A DNA stretch of 49,757 bases from a virus (IMGVR_UViG_3300022879_000179:1-49757); one strand, 5' to 3'. Positions 1 through 9,624 are shown, counted from the first letter of the stretch. Translations and numbers: made by a program. The notes: a model not told the origin generated them from the sequence alone.

Positions 1-2034
1 ATGTCGGCCAATAACCCTTTTTTTGACATTAGCCTGTTGCCTTATCAGGCGCCGCGTTTTGATGAGATTAACGATAGTCACTATCGCCCGGCCTTCGATG
101 AAGCGCTTCGCCAGAAGCGGGCGGACATTGCTGCCATTGTCGCTCAGGCCGCTGCGCCAGACTTCACCAACACCGTGCTGGCGCTGGAGAAAAGCGGCGC
201 CATGCTTTCCCGCGTAAACAGCGTATTCTTCGCCATGGCCTCCGCGCACACCAATGCGTACCTGCAGGAGCTGGAGGAGCAGTTCTCTACCGAACTTGCC
301 GCGCTGGCGAACGATATCTGGCTGAATGACACCCTTTTCGCCCGCGTGGAGAGCGTCTGGCAGGATCGTGCTGCGCTGGACGCTGAATCTCGTCGGCTGG
401 TCGAGGAGACATTCCAGCGGTTTATTCTGGCCGGTGCGCGTCTGAATGAAACGGAAAAGGCCGAGCTGAAGGCGCTGAATACCGAGGCGGCCTCCCTGAC
501 CAGTCAGTTTAATCAGCGCCTGCTGGCTGCCAATAAGGCGGGTGGGCTGGTAGTGGATTACGCGCATCAGCTTGAGGGGCTTAGCGCAGACGAGATTGCC
601 ACTGCCGCGCAGGCCGCTGCGGAGAAGGGGCTAAACGATCGCTGGCTGATCCCGCTCCTGAACACCACCCAGCAGCCAGCGCTATCGGCGCTGCGTAATC
701 GTCAGACGCGCGAAAACCTGTTCAACGCAGGCTGGACGCGTACCCAGAAAGGGGATGAAAACGACACTCGCGAGCTGATCCTCCGTCTGACGGCGCTGCG
801 CGCGCGGCAGGCCCGGCTGCTCGGATTTGACGATTACGCCAGCTGGAGCACTGCCGACCAGATGGCGAAAACGCCCGATGCCGCGCTGGCCTTTATGCGC
901 GGCATAGTGCCGGCCGCCCGTGCCCGCGCGGAACGCGAGCAGGCCGATATTCAGAACGTGATTGACGACGAGCAGAGTGGCTTTGACGTGCAGGCCTGGG
1001 ACTGGGCATTTTATGCCGAGCGCGTGCGCCAGGCAAAATATGCCCTCGATGAGTCGCAAATCCGGCCCTATTTCGCGCTCAACACCGTGCTGCAGGATGG
1101 CGTATTTTGGGCGGCAAGCCAGCTGTTTGGCATCCGCTTCGTCGAGCGCTTCGATATTCCGGTTTATCATCCGGACGTCCGCGTATGGGAGATTTTCGAC
1201 CACACGGGTGAAGGTATGGCGTTGTTTTACGGCGACTTCTTTGCGCGCGATTCCAAGCAGGGCGGGGCGTGGATGGGGAATTTCGTCGAGCAATCTTTCG
1301 AGTTTGCTGCCCGTCCGGTGATCTACAACGTCTGTAACTACCAAAAGCCGGCTAACGGCGGCGTTGCGCTTCTTTCCTGGGACGACGTGATAACCCTCTT
1401 CCACGAGTTTGGCCATACGCTGCACGGACTGTTTGCCAGCCAGCGTTTCGCCACGCTGTCCGGTACCAATACCCCGCGTGACTTCGTTGAATTCCCGTCG
1501 CAAATCAACGAGCACTGGGCCAGCCATCCGCAGGTATTTACCCACTACGCCCGCCATTACGAAACCGGCGAACCGATGCCGGACGCGCTGCGGGAAAGCA
1601 TGCTCAACGCGACGCATTTCAACAAGGGCTATGACATGACGGAACTGCTGGGGGCCGCGCTGCTGGATATGAACTGGCACGGCATCGGTGAAGCCGTTTC
1701 GAGCGTAGAAGATTTTGAAGCGGCAGCGTTGAAAAAAGAGGGGCTGGATCTGCCCGCCGTGCCACCGCGCTATCGCAGCAGCTATTTTGCCCATATTTTT
1801 GGCGGGGGCTACGCGGCAGGGTATTACGCCTACCTGTGGACGCAGATGCTCGCGGACGATGGCTATCAGTGGTTTGTCGAGCAGGGCGGCCTGACGCGTG
1901 AAAACGGGCAGAAATTCCGCGAGGCGATTTTGTCGCGCGGCAATAGTACTGATTTAGCTGAACTTTACCGGAACTGGCGCGGCCACGATCCGAAGATCGA
2001 ACCGATGCTGGATAACCGCGGGTTGAGTTCGTAA
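1..2034 (+). CDS. dcp: Peptidyl-dipeptidase Dcp (M3 zinc metallopeptidase), host gene
   Basis: 677 aa; HEFGH zinc motif, DFVEFPSQ, GYAAGYYAYLW; GC-rich host-like codon usage. Confidence 0.93.
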   Translation: MSANNPFFDISLLPYQAPRFDEINDSHYRPAFDEALRQKRADIAAIVAQAAAPDFTNTVLALEKSGAMLSRVNSVFFAMASAHTNAYLQELEEQFSTELAALANDIWLNDTLFARVESVWQDRAALDAESRRLVEETFQRFILAGARLNETEKAELKALNTEAASLTSQFNQRLLAANKAGGLVVDYAHQLEGLSADEIATAAQAAAEKGLNDRWLIPLLNTTQQPALSALRNRQTRENLFNAGWTRTQKGDENDTRELILRLTALRARQARLLGFDDYASWSTADQMAKTPDAALAFMRGIVPAARARAEREQADIQNVIDDEQSGFDVQAWDWAFYAERVRQAKYALDESQIRPYFALNTVLQDGVFWAASQLFGIRFVERFDIPVYHPDVRVWEIFDHTGEGMALFYGDFFARDSKQGGAWMGNFVEQSFEFAARPVIYNVCNYQKPANGGVALLSWDDVITLFHEFGHTLHGLFASQRFATLSGTNTPRDFVEFPSQINEHWASHPQVFTHYARHYETGEPMPDALRESMLNATHFNKGYDMTELLGAALLDMNWHGIGEAVSSVEDFEAAALKKEGLDLPAVPPRYRSSYFAHIFGGGYAAGYYAYLWTQMLADDGYQWFVEQGGLTRENGQKFREAILSRGNSTDLAELYRNWRGHDPKIEPMLDNRGLSS

Positions 2035-2056
2035 GGGCTTTTTCAGGCAGGAAGCA

Positions 2057-2081
2057 GAACCGGGCGCGGTGCCCGGTTTTT
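2057..2081 (+). terminator. Intrinsic terminator after dcp
   Basis: aaccgggc-gcggt-gcccggtt hairpin followed by T run. Confidence 0.7.
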
Positions 2082-2184
2082 GCCCGATTTTTTCTTCCCC
2101 AAAACTCCTCCAAAATTCCTCCCCAAAATGAATTCTTAAATTCTGCGAAATTTGCAGGGGGATACGGTCCAATTATTCACGTAG

Positions 2185-3324
2185 CTACACCTTCACTTTC
2201 ACCCATTCGAGACCGCGATCGTTATGATACTGCGCTGTCATCCTGTCTGATGAGTGACCTAGTAGCTGCTGGGTATTGATGCCTTGCCCCTCATACAGAC
2301 GCTCCGATAGAGAACGCTGCTCGTGAAAAGTGGGCATTGTTTTCCCATCCTCTACGGAAATGCCAGTACTATCGATCGCGAGTTTGAAGGAGACGCTAAG
2401 GCTGTTCTCGCCAACCTGATCGCCTGCTTTCACATTACCGCTTGAGGTCACGTGATGGAGAAGCCAGGGGCTTACGACCCGATCCCTGCATCGCTTGATC
2501 ACCTGCGCCAGTGTAATATCCAACATCTCGCAGCGTAGCGAGAGCGGTATAGCCAGTTTCGCCCCGGTCTTTTGCTGCTCAACGTGGAGATGACCGTCCC
2601 AGACATCAGAGAACTTCATTTTGGCTATATCGCCGCGCCGTTGCCCGGTGACAACTGCCAGAAGCATGGAGTTTTGGACGTAGGGCGCCATATTGGAGGC
2701 CGCTTCAAATATCGCCTTCCACATCTCAAGGTTCAGTCGCGAACGACTTACCCGGACAACGACTTTTCTTGTGGCTAGCGCCGGGTTATATCCCGGCTCA
2801 ACTTCGCCTGCGTGCTGCGCTTCTTTGAACAGGTCAATCCAGACGCTACGGAGCGTTTGCGCCATTCGTGCTTTGCCTCTGGATTTATATTCGTCTGTAA
2901 TGGCTGCCAGCATTTTGGTGGTGACTTCCTGAATGCCAATGTCAGGCATCCTTTCAACCAGTACGTTTGTGCATGTCCTTCTTGATTTAAGCGTATTAAT
3001 TTTTATCTCTTTATTGCTGAGTCGCTCCTCCTGAATTTTCAGATACCGTTCAATCCATAGGCGCATCCTCATCGATTTCTTGGAATTAACTTTCTTATGG
3101 CTGACCATATCTATCAGGGCAAACGACTGGGCAGTTTCCTGCTGCGCCAGAAGACGATTCAATTCAGAGGCGGCCAGTCTGGCCGCCTCTTGATCGGTAC
3201 CAAAACCGATAAACTGACCGGTTAAAGGGTGCCGATATTGCCAGTAGGTTTTGCTGTTACGCTTATCAAGCTTGCAGTAGAGATTTGGGATATCAACCCT
3301 GTGATTACGTGGTCTGGCTGCCAT
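2185..3324 (-). CDS. int: Tyrosine integrase, lambda family
   Basis: N-terminal arm-binding domain; catalytic residues GQRRGD, FHEQR, LGH, QY. Confidence 0.93.
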   Translation of the reverse strand: MAARPRNHRVDIPNLYCKLDKRNSKTYWQYRHPLTGQFIGFGTDQEAARLAASELNRLLAQQETAQSFALIDMVSHKKVNSKKSMRMRLWIERYLKIQEERLSNKEIKINTLKSRRTCTNVLVERMPDIGIQEVTTKMLAAITDEYKSRGKARMAQTLRSVWIDLFKEAQHAGEVEPGYNPALATRKVVVRVSRSRLNLEMWKAIFEAASNMAPYVQNSMLLAVVTGQRRGDIAKMKFSDVWDGHLHVEQQKTGAKLAIPLSLRCEMLDITLAQVIKRCRDRVVSPWLLHHVTSSGNVKAGDQVGENSLSVSFKLAIDSTGISVEDGKTMPTFHEQRSLSERLYEGQGINTQQLLGHSSDRMTAQYHNDRGLEWVKVKV

Positions 3325-3562
3325 TAATTACTCTCTCCATAAGCGTCTTAACCGCTTTCGGCATGCGTGGTGGTAGAGCCGGCGATGCGAGCATACCAAT
3401 AAATTTGGCCTCTTCATCGATAACCCATCGCCGACCTTGTTTCAGCGCTCTTGGGATTGTTTGTCCTGTTCTAGCAATCTTGTGCAGCGCCGCTCTGGAT
3501 GGTGGTTGCTTGAAGCCGTTTGGACCGGAAGCCCAATCCTCCAAGCTAACGAGCTGTCCCAT
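3305..3562 (-). CDS. xis: Excisionase
   Basis: 85-aa basic protein immediately upstream of and overlapping int; LEDWA...GRRWVID pattern. Confidence 0.8.
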   Translation of the reverse strand: MGQLVSLEDWASGPNGFKQPPSRAALHKIARTGQTIPRALKQGRRWVIDEEAKFIGMLASPALPPRMPKAVKTLMERVINGSQTT

Positions 3563-3621
3563 GAAAACCTCCAGTTTGATAAATATGAGCTCTCAAAGTC
3601 ATGTAGTGTGATATTTCAATA

Positions 3622-3864
3622 TCAGGCCACCTGCCCAGGTAAGGATCGCAGTCGGCGCATGCCGGTCATTGCTGTAGCCACGTAGCTTGCCTTGCAGTTG
3701 ACCACTTCAACCCAGACCTTCACGCCTTCAACTCTCACCGTATAGGTCTCTTTCATCTTGCTGCGCCCATAGTCACCATATCTTTGCTGGTGGGCTGCGA
3801 GTGCGATTTCACATGCCTGGAGAGCCAAAGGGGATTGCTTACTGCCTCGATTAATCAGTCGCAT
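3622..3864 (-). CDS. Conserved phage early protein (DUF4060-like)
   Basis: 80 aa, AAGGAG RBS, typical position between recT and xis. Confidence 0.6.
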   Translation of the reverse strand: MRLINRGSKQSPLALQACEIALAAHQQRYGDYGRSKMKETYTVRVEGVKVWVEVVNCKASYVATAMTGMRRLRSLPGQVA

Positions 3865-3902
3865 TTCGTCTCCTTGAGGGAGGGTTTTCCCTCCCGATCT
3901 CG

Positions 3903-5021
3903 TTAGTCCACGTATTCCGGTTTCATATCCGCCAGGGTGATGCTGAACTGACCATGCGATTCGTCGCCCAGATGGCGTTTCGACGCTGCAAGAACGCGCT
4001 CTACTTCCGCGAACCGCGCAGCTGCATCCGGCTCATCTGAAGATGGCAAGGAATTGATGGCTGCTTCGACTTTGTTCCTTGCATCAACCAGGTAATAACG
4101 CTTTACGGCCTTGTTTTTCAGCTCAGTAAACAGGGCAGAACCCAGCGTTGCTTTCACGGTTTCAATATCAGCGCGCAGAGCTTTAGCGCTATCCACATCC
4201 TGAGCCGCCTCGATGCGGTCACGGAAATCATCAGCAAGTGCATCGATGTTTTGAGCTGATTCCTGAGCCGTTTGAGTCGTAGTGACGTTGTCACCTGAAA
4301 TATCAGCCAGGCTCATTTTCTGAACCGGTGCTGGGTTAATTTCCCTTTCGGTAGGCTGCTCAATCTCATCAGGCGTGTAAACGCCTAGGATCACGTGCGG
4401 GCAGTACAAGCGTGCCCAATATTTCACGCCGAGGTAGGCTATTTGCTGGTCGGGCTTCGAAACCCACAGCGGCGAATTTCGAGTAACCACCTGAGACAGG
4501 TAAAGAGGTTTATCCCAGGTGATTTCACTTTCTCCACGTAGAATGGCTCCGACTTCAACATACAGACCTTCTTCGTCTTCATCAGTCCAGTCGCGAACGC
4601 GTTCGGTAACGGTGTACTTACCGGTCTTACCCATTTTTTCACGGGTCACTTCTTTGGTTTTGGTGCAACGTTCCCAGTCGCCGCCGTAGCGATAATGAAA
4701 ACGGCCATGAATGGCGCTGGAACTGGTGATTACGGCATTAACAAGCTGCGCTTCGTAACCCAACTGGCCATTGACCAGGTGAGTTTTTTGCGCCACCGCG
4801 TAAGGGTTCATGCCCCACTGCATGGCTTGCATAACAATCGCCATACAATCCGCAGGCTTTCCTGCGAGGTGCGCCGGCACGGTGACAACAGATTGAGCCA
4901 TCAACCCGGCGAAAGCCTGCAGCTGACCCAATGCCTGAACGTTGAAAATTGAGTTGCTGGCAGAGATAGTGTTAGGTGCCTGCTGCTCAGCAGTTACGAT
5001 GTTCATGTTTTCCATCATCAT
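3903..5021 (-). CDS. recT: RecT-family ssDNA annealing protein
   Basis: VPAHLAGKPADCMAIVMQAMQWGMNP motif; directly downstream of the RecE-like gene. Confidence 0.8.
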   Translation of the reverse strand: MMMENMNIVTAEQQAPNTISASNSIFNVQALGQLQAFAGLMAQSVVTVPAHLAGKPADCMAIVMQAMQWGMNPYAVAQKTHLVNGQLGYEAQLVNAVITSSSAIHGRFHYRYGGDWERCTKTKEVTREKMGKTGKYTVTERVRDWTDEDEEGLYVEVGAILRGESEITWDKPLYLSQVVTRNSPLWVSKPDQQIAYLGVKYWARLYCPHVILGVYTPDEIEQPTEREINPAPVQKMSLADISGDNVTTTQTAQESAQNIDALADDFRDRIEAAQDVDSAKALRADIETVKATLGSALFTELKNKAVKRYYLVDARNKVEAAINSLPSSDEPDAAARFAEVERVLAASKRHLGDESHGQFSITLADMKPEYVD

Positions 5022-5026
5022 TCCCC

Positions 5027-8000
5027 TTATGCCTGAGTGCGCAGCGCTTCAAGGCGGCGCAGGTCGAAGTCGTTCAGTTCATCGGTGTAATCGGTAGTGA
5101 TCGGCGCTGGCCATTCGCTCGTGTCGAATCCGGTTGCGATGGCGCGCATCGTTTTGCGGTACTCGAGCATGCCCAGTTCCAGCAGTTCGGTGGACGCCTC
5201 AATGATGGCGATCCAGTGGTAGTTCTCGTCTTTGTTGACGAAAATCCAGAAGAACTGGTCCAGCGCCGCGGTCTCGCAATACATAGCCGCACTGAGGTGG
5301 TAGTCCCGATCTATGATTTCCCGGTGCAGCCTGGCGCGTAGGCTTTCTTGCTTCACATTCCACATGCTGATGGTTTTCAGGTCCGCACCGATGCGCACGC
5401 CGTCCAGTTCAATCTCGAGGTCAGGCCGTACACGCACTTCTAAACCTGTTTCGTCGTCAAAGCCGAAGTAACTCACTTCAACAGCGCGGCTTGGATGTGT
5501 CAGCAGCATGCCGGCGGTCGGGTGCGCCAGGAGTGCAGACTGAATTGCTCGCGCTGTGGCCAGTTGCTGGCGGGTAACCAGAATCTTTTCGCCAGGGTTG
5601 TCGCGCCAGGCATCCAGCAGCTCGTCTGCGAACACGGCATCGGGCTTAACCGACTTAACTGCCTGGATCATGTCTGCTTTGGTGCCGGACACTTTCAGCG
5701 GCGTCGGTTTCTGCGCTTCCTGTGCGACCAAATCAGGATTGATGATCGCCAATTGCTCGAGTAGCGCATCACGGCTGCCGCTGGTTTTAACCGGCACGGG
5801 CAGGGTGGCGTTGTACTCTTTAATGCATGCCTTCATTGCAGCTGCTGTCTGCTTCTGGCCTTCTTCAATACGCTGGTACTCAGCTGGGAGAGCCATATAG
5901 CTTTGAGCCGTTTCTTCCAGGCTCGCGCCAAGCGGCACTGGGGCGGGAAGGGCTGCGTTATGTTCTTCAAGCAACGCTTTAATCTCGTCAGCGCTCAGCA
6001 GTGCCGGCAGGCTGGCGTTGTACGCGTCGATGAACTCACGCAGAGTTGCGGTGGTGGTGAAAGCACCCTCAGGGATCTCAGGTTCTACACTGAACTCTGC
6101 TTCGAGGTTTTCCGGCTGTAGTGCAAGGGCGTGCACCAGATTTCCCATGTCCAGCACTTTAGATGCTGTGCGCGGGATAGTTTTAGCCACATGGCGCGCA
6201 TTGAAATACATCAGGCTGACACGGGCATCTTTCACCTGGGTTGAGCTAATACCGTTTGCTGCGTGATAAACGTCATTCGGTAGGCCTTCGTAGCGGCCAG
6301 GCTCGAAGTAAGCCGGGTATTCGAATGCTGGCTCTGACTGCTGCTCTTCTGGCGCTACGGTAACTGCTTGCGTATCAGTTGCATCAGTGCCTTCGCCTGG
6401 TTGTACCGGATCAGTACTTTCGACTTTCTCTGGCTGAGTCGTTTCCATCTGCACATTGCTGGTGGTCTCCGCTGTATTTTCCGTTTTTTCGACTTCATTT
6501 GAGGGGGTATCAATGACAGGGGCGGTATTTCCAACCATCAGGCCATCGATGGAGAACACGCCGCCGAGATTTTCAACCTGCGGTTGTTCAACTGGAGCTT
6601 CAGTCTCAACTGCAGGAGTAGGCAACGGCAGTACTTCCACAGCAGAGTTAAACTCAGCCGTCATGGTTTTATTCACAAACTCAAGATGAGCCGCTGGCGT
6701 GTGGTGGATGTTCTCTGGTGTGATACGGATTAGATTGAAGATTGCCGCACGGTTCACCGCCAGTATGCCGGGCTGATTACGCAGGATGGCGCTCCATGAT
6801 TTCCATGGTTCTTCTTTCTTAGCCACGATTTCTTTGGCACGTCGTAACACGCTCGAAGGAATTTCGAAGTGGTGGAAGTCCATAGGCAGTAGGGCACATG
6901 CGATCTCAAGATCGAGAGTGTCCAGAGTGTGATGCGCGCCTTCGCCGCGATCCGTTGCATAGCCGCCGTCGGCATTGGTACCAGAATCGGTACGCTGAAC
7001 ATTACTGATGCGATTACCGGCTGCCCACTCGCGAACGAGAATGCCGCGGTCAATATAATCAGTCGCAGCCCAGATTCGGGTAAAACGGAGAACCAAAGCG
7101 AGTTCGTGGCGCTTCTCCTGGCTGAACACCTTGCGAATGGCGTCGGTATAGCGCCAAAGGTCTTTGGTATCGTAACCTTTAACCTCTTCGCAGTTTTCAG
7201 CCGCCAGCAGCAGGTTCTGGACATAGCTGTTGTCAGTGTCCATCTCCAGCGCGCAGATACCTTCGTATTCTTCGCGGGTTAAGTGGTGGCGCAGTTCGTC
7301 GGCGGTGAACTGGGCGAGTAGCTGCTTGCGGAAGGGCATACGAACGACCGGATAACGAGTGGTTTCGTCATCATTCTCGTCAATCTTAATACCGTTTTCA
7401 GGTTCTGGATCCTGACCGGTTGTAACACCGGTCTCGCTGGCGCTTTCTGATTTGAGAAGAGTAAGCTTTCCGCTTCTCCACTCTTCAACTAACTGATTGC
7501 GGTCGCCGGCATCAGCTCTCGCCCAGTCAGCCATGAATGCAGCAATAATTTCTTTTTTGTGCGCTTCATCTGGCGCGAATACCTGTTTAATCGCCTGGAC
7601 CAGTTTCCACTCAGCGTTCAGGCTGAGTTCATCAACTTCAGGGACGTCGTTCTTCGCCTGTAGCAGGTTCTGGAGATAGGTGTTGCCTTCATCCAGTGAC
7701 ATTTCGCTGGCAGCCAGCTGCTGCTCTTTAGTGATATGTGACTGGAATTTGTCGCTGGTCAGGTGGACGGCAAAACGGACCGCTGGAGTGCGGTTTTCAA
7801 GCGGAACATTGTCCACGGTAGTTTCGACTTTAACGGTCGTTTCCGGTGCGGTAGTGGTGTCCACTGGTCTAGTCAACTCAGCACCAGCCTTTGGCAGCCA
7901 GGTGCGTCCATCGTCCTGCAGTTCGTAGCGTTTGCACCAGGTGTAATCCACGGTGCTTTCTTCCGGGAGGTCGTTATACACCGGGAAATCGGTGCGAACC

Positions 8001-8161
8001 GGTTTGGCGTAATCCTTACCGCGTCCGGTTTCAATACCAGCATCTTCCAGCTCAACATCGAGCTGCAGGTTTGCACGGGCTTCTGATTTCGCAGTGAACC
8101 AAATCACTGCGTCTTCTTTGCCAGATTTCTGCGTAGCCTTAACTACATAGAAAAATTCCAT
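5027..8161 (-). CDS. recE: Exodeoxyribonuclease VIII (RecE-like) with long N-terminal extension
   Basis: 1044 aa; C-terminal PD-(D/E)XK domain (YHAANGISSTQVKD, RVRPD, DLKT, YHLSAAMY). Confidence 0.85.
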   Translation of the reverse strand: MEFFYVVKATQKSGKEDAVIWFTAKSEARANLQLDVELEDAGIETGRGKDYAKPVRTDFPVYNDLPEESTVDYTWCKRYELQDDGRTWLPKAGAELTRPVDTTTAPETTVKVETTVDNVPLENRTPAVRFAVHLTSDKFQSHITKEQQLAASEMSLDEGNTYLQNLLQAKNDVPEVDELSLNAEWKLVQAIKQVFAPDEAHKKEIIAAFMADWARADAGDRNQLVEEWRSGKLTLLKSESASETGVTTGQDPEPENGIKIDENDDETTRYPVVRMPFRKQLLAQFTADELRHHLTREEYEGICALEMDTDNSYVQNLLLAAENCEEVKGYDTKDLWRYTDAIRKVFSQEKRHELALVLRFTRIWAATDYIDRGILVREWAAGNRISNVQRTDSGTNADGGYATDRGEGAHHTLDTLDLEIACALLPMDFHHFEIPSSVLRRAKEIVAKKEEPWKSWSAILRNQPGILAVNRAAIFNLIRITPENIHHTPAAHLEFVNKTMTAEFNSAVEVLPLPTPAVETEAPVEQPQVENLGGVFSIDGLMVGNTAPVIDTPSNEVEKTENTAETTSNVQMETTQPEKVESTDPVQPGEGTDATDTQAVTVAPEEQQSEPAFEYPAYFEPGRYEGLPNDVYHAANGISSTQVKDARVSLMYFNARHVAKTIPRTASKVLDMGNLVHALALQPENLEAEFSVEPEIPEGAFTTTATLREFIDAYNASLPALLSADEIKALLEEHNAALPAPVPLGASLEETAQSYMALPAEYQRIEEGQKQTAAAMKACIKEYNATLPVPVKTSGSRDALLEQLAIINPDLVAQEAQKPTPLKVSGTKADMIQAVKSVKPDAVFADELLDAWRDNPGEKILVTRQQLATARAIQSALLAHPTAGMLLTHPSRAVEVSYFGFDDETGLEVRVRPDLEIELDGVRIGADLKTISMWNVKQESLRARLHREIIDRDYHLSAAMYCETAALDQFFWIFVNKDENYHWIAIIEASTELLELGMLEYRKTMRAIATGFDTSEWPAPITTDYTDELNDFDLRRLEALRTQA

Positions 8162-8301
8162 GTGAGATCCTCTTTTTTGGATGTAAGATCCCCGGGCCAG
8201 AGATAGCGCCCATTGGGTGAACTTTGGTTTTTTAAGTAGTTTTCCGGTGTAACTTTGGTCGGGAGCACCGGACGTACGGGCCGCCTTGCGCGGCTTTTAC
8301 G

Positions 8302-8466
8302 TTATGCCTCGTGGGCCATCTGGTCGTACGAAGCACAACGTTCAGAGCAATATTCTTTTTCTTTGCGCGCCAGCTGTGAGCCGTTGCGATAGAGAAGGGT
8401 ACTTTTGACTACTTCCCCCGGTTTAACCGGCTTGCCGCAGTACCCGCATTTCGTTGAGCTACACAT
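8302..8466 (-). CDS. YdaE-family zinc-binding protein (54 aa, not in ORF track)
   Basis: Manual translation MCSSTKCGYCGKPVKPGEVVKSTLLYRNGSQLARKEKEYCSERCASYDQMAHEA; CxxC...YCSxxCA..DQMAHE as in Rac YdaE. Confidence 0.75.
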   Translation of the reverse strand: MCSSTKCGYCGKPVKPGEVVKSTLLYRNGSQLARKEKEYCSERCASYDQMAHEA

Positions 8467-8575
8467 CTGGATTCCCCTTTTGCGCCAGCAGGTAGCACAG
8501 GCGGCGAAGAATCACCTCGAAGAAGTTCAGTTTTACGGCCTGTATCCGTCCTGGTTTGCGTGCGAAATCAATCAT
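8459..8575 (-). CDS. 38-aa early peptide, possibly a Kil-like host division inhibitor
   Basis: MIDFARKPGRIQAVKLNFFEVILRRLCYLLAQKGNPDV with AAGGAG RBS; function inferred from position. Confidence 0.5.
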   Translation of the reverse strand: MIDFARKPGRIQAVKLNFFEVILRRLCYLLAQKGNPDV

Positions 8576-8664
8576 AATGATCTCCTTGTTATGCCTGTCT
8601 TTTAACCACTTCAGGCTCGGTGGTATGCTGGAAGTTCTCACACAGCCAGCACAAGGAAACATGG

Positions 8665-9156
8665 ATGGCCACGTTTAACCGAAATCTTCAGCTGCAAATT
8701 CTTCAACTCGCTTTAGAGAGCTATCCTGACCCGATCGAGTACATACCGAGGGAGTTAGCTGCTCTTGATAAGAAAACGCTTTTACAAAACATCGCTTATT
8801 TGAGAGAAGAGGGAATGATTAAGGGAGGAATAGAAGAATATCTAAGCGGTAAAGAGCCTGCTCTAGACACGATTTCAGTAACTAAGGATGCTATTAACTT
8901 GCTCAGTGAAGAGGGAAGTATCTCTTCCTCATTAAAAGTGGTGACAGTAAAACTCCATGACGAATCGCTCACTGCTTTAAGGGATTTCATAAATCAGAAT
9001 GTTTCAGACCCAGAAGAAAAGAAAGTGTATTTGCAGCGCTTAAAAGAGCTTCCCGCTGACGCCACAAAACACATCGTGCTTGAACTTGTGGGTAAGGGGT
9101 TAGGTCAGATACCGAACGCAGTTCAGTGGCTGCAAACAACGCTCCATCATTTGTAA
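8665..9156 (+). CDS. Accessory protein antisense to the pL operon (sieB-like position), possible winged-helix N-terminus
   Basis: 163 aa from ATG 8665 with AAGGA RBS; extended -10 TGGTATGCT at 8621-8629; AT-rich. Confidence 0.7.
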   Translation: MATFNRNLQLQILQLALESYPDPIEYIPRELAALDKKTLLQNIAYLREEGMIKGGIEEYLSGKEPALDTISVTKDAINLLSEEGSISSSLKVVTVKLHDESLTALRDFINQNVSDPEEKKVYLQRLKELPADATKHIVLELVGKGLGQIPNAVQWLQTTLHHL

Positions 9157-9298
9157 ATTCTTTTTCTTCCCGGAGCCTGGAGAATTTAACCCACCCAATA
9201 CCTCCGGGAATTTCCAGCCAAAAATCATCACGGTTATCAGTTGAAAGTGTTAGAGCTTTATTTACGAACGTTAATGCGTATATACGTAGTGGTTGCAA
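8987..9298 (-). CDS. Hypothetical first gene of the pL operon (TTG start)
   Basis: GGAGGTG RBS just upstream of TTG; overlaps the opposite-strand gene by 170 nt. Confidence 0.4.
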   Translation of the reverse strand: MQPLRIYALTFVNKALTLSTDNRDDFWLEIPGGIGWVKFSRLREEKEFTNDGALFAATELRSVSDLTPYPQVQARCVLWRQREALLSAANTLSFLLGLKHSDL

Positions 9299-9458
9299 TA
9301 TTCACCTCCGATATTTATAGAATTTGTGTGCTTTGTGCCTTAACGCCGGCCAGCGGAACATTTATACCTGATGCACATTGTTGTAGCGGTGGATGGCCGC
9401 CGGTTGTCATAACTAAGCCGCTTCTGTGAAGCGACTGAGGTATGAAGGTCGTTTGATT

Positions 9459-9528
9459 ACGCACCATTGCCGCTCTCCCTGAGCCCGCCGGGCGTCCGAC
9501 GCATGGTTTTTTTGTCGCGCCGTTCGAC
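9459..9528 (-). ncRNA. putL: putL-like cis-acting antiterminator RNA (HK022 type)
   Basis: Minus strand gtcgaacggcgcgacaaaaaaaccatgcgtcggacgcccggcgggctcagggagagcggcaatggtgcgta; two stems; closely resembles HK022 putL as recalled; about 60 nt downstream of pL. Confidence 0.8.
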
Positions 9529-9595
9529 TGATCGAATCTCCACTTCGCGGCTGGCTAACTTCGCTCAGCTGTCGATGTTTCGTTTCGATGGGTCA

Positions 9596-9624
9596 ACAAT
9601 AGCTAAAGCGATTATCGTAGTCAA
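9596..9624 (-). promoter_or_regulatory. pL promoter
   Basis: TTGACT-N17-TATTGT on the minus strand, overlapped by operator-like palindromes. Confidence 0.7.

Noticed and set aside
682-1794. 370-aa antisense ORF (also 31638-32678, 20231-21028 and similar)
   Set aside because: Shadow ORFs opposite well-supported genes in GC-rich sequence; no recognisable motifs.
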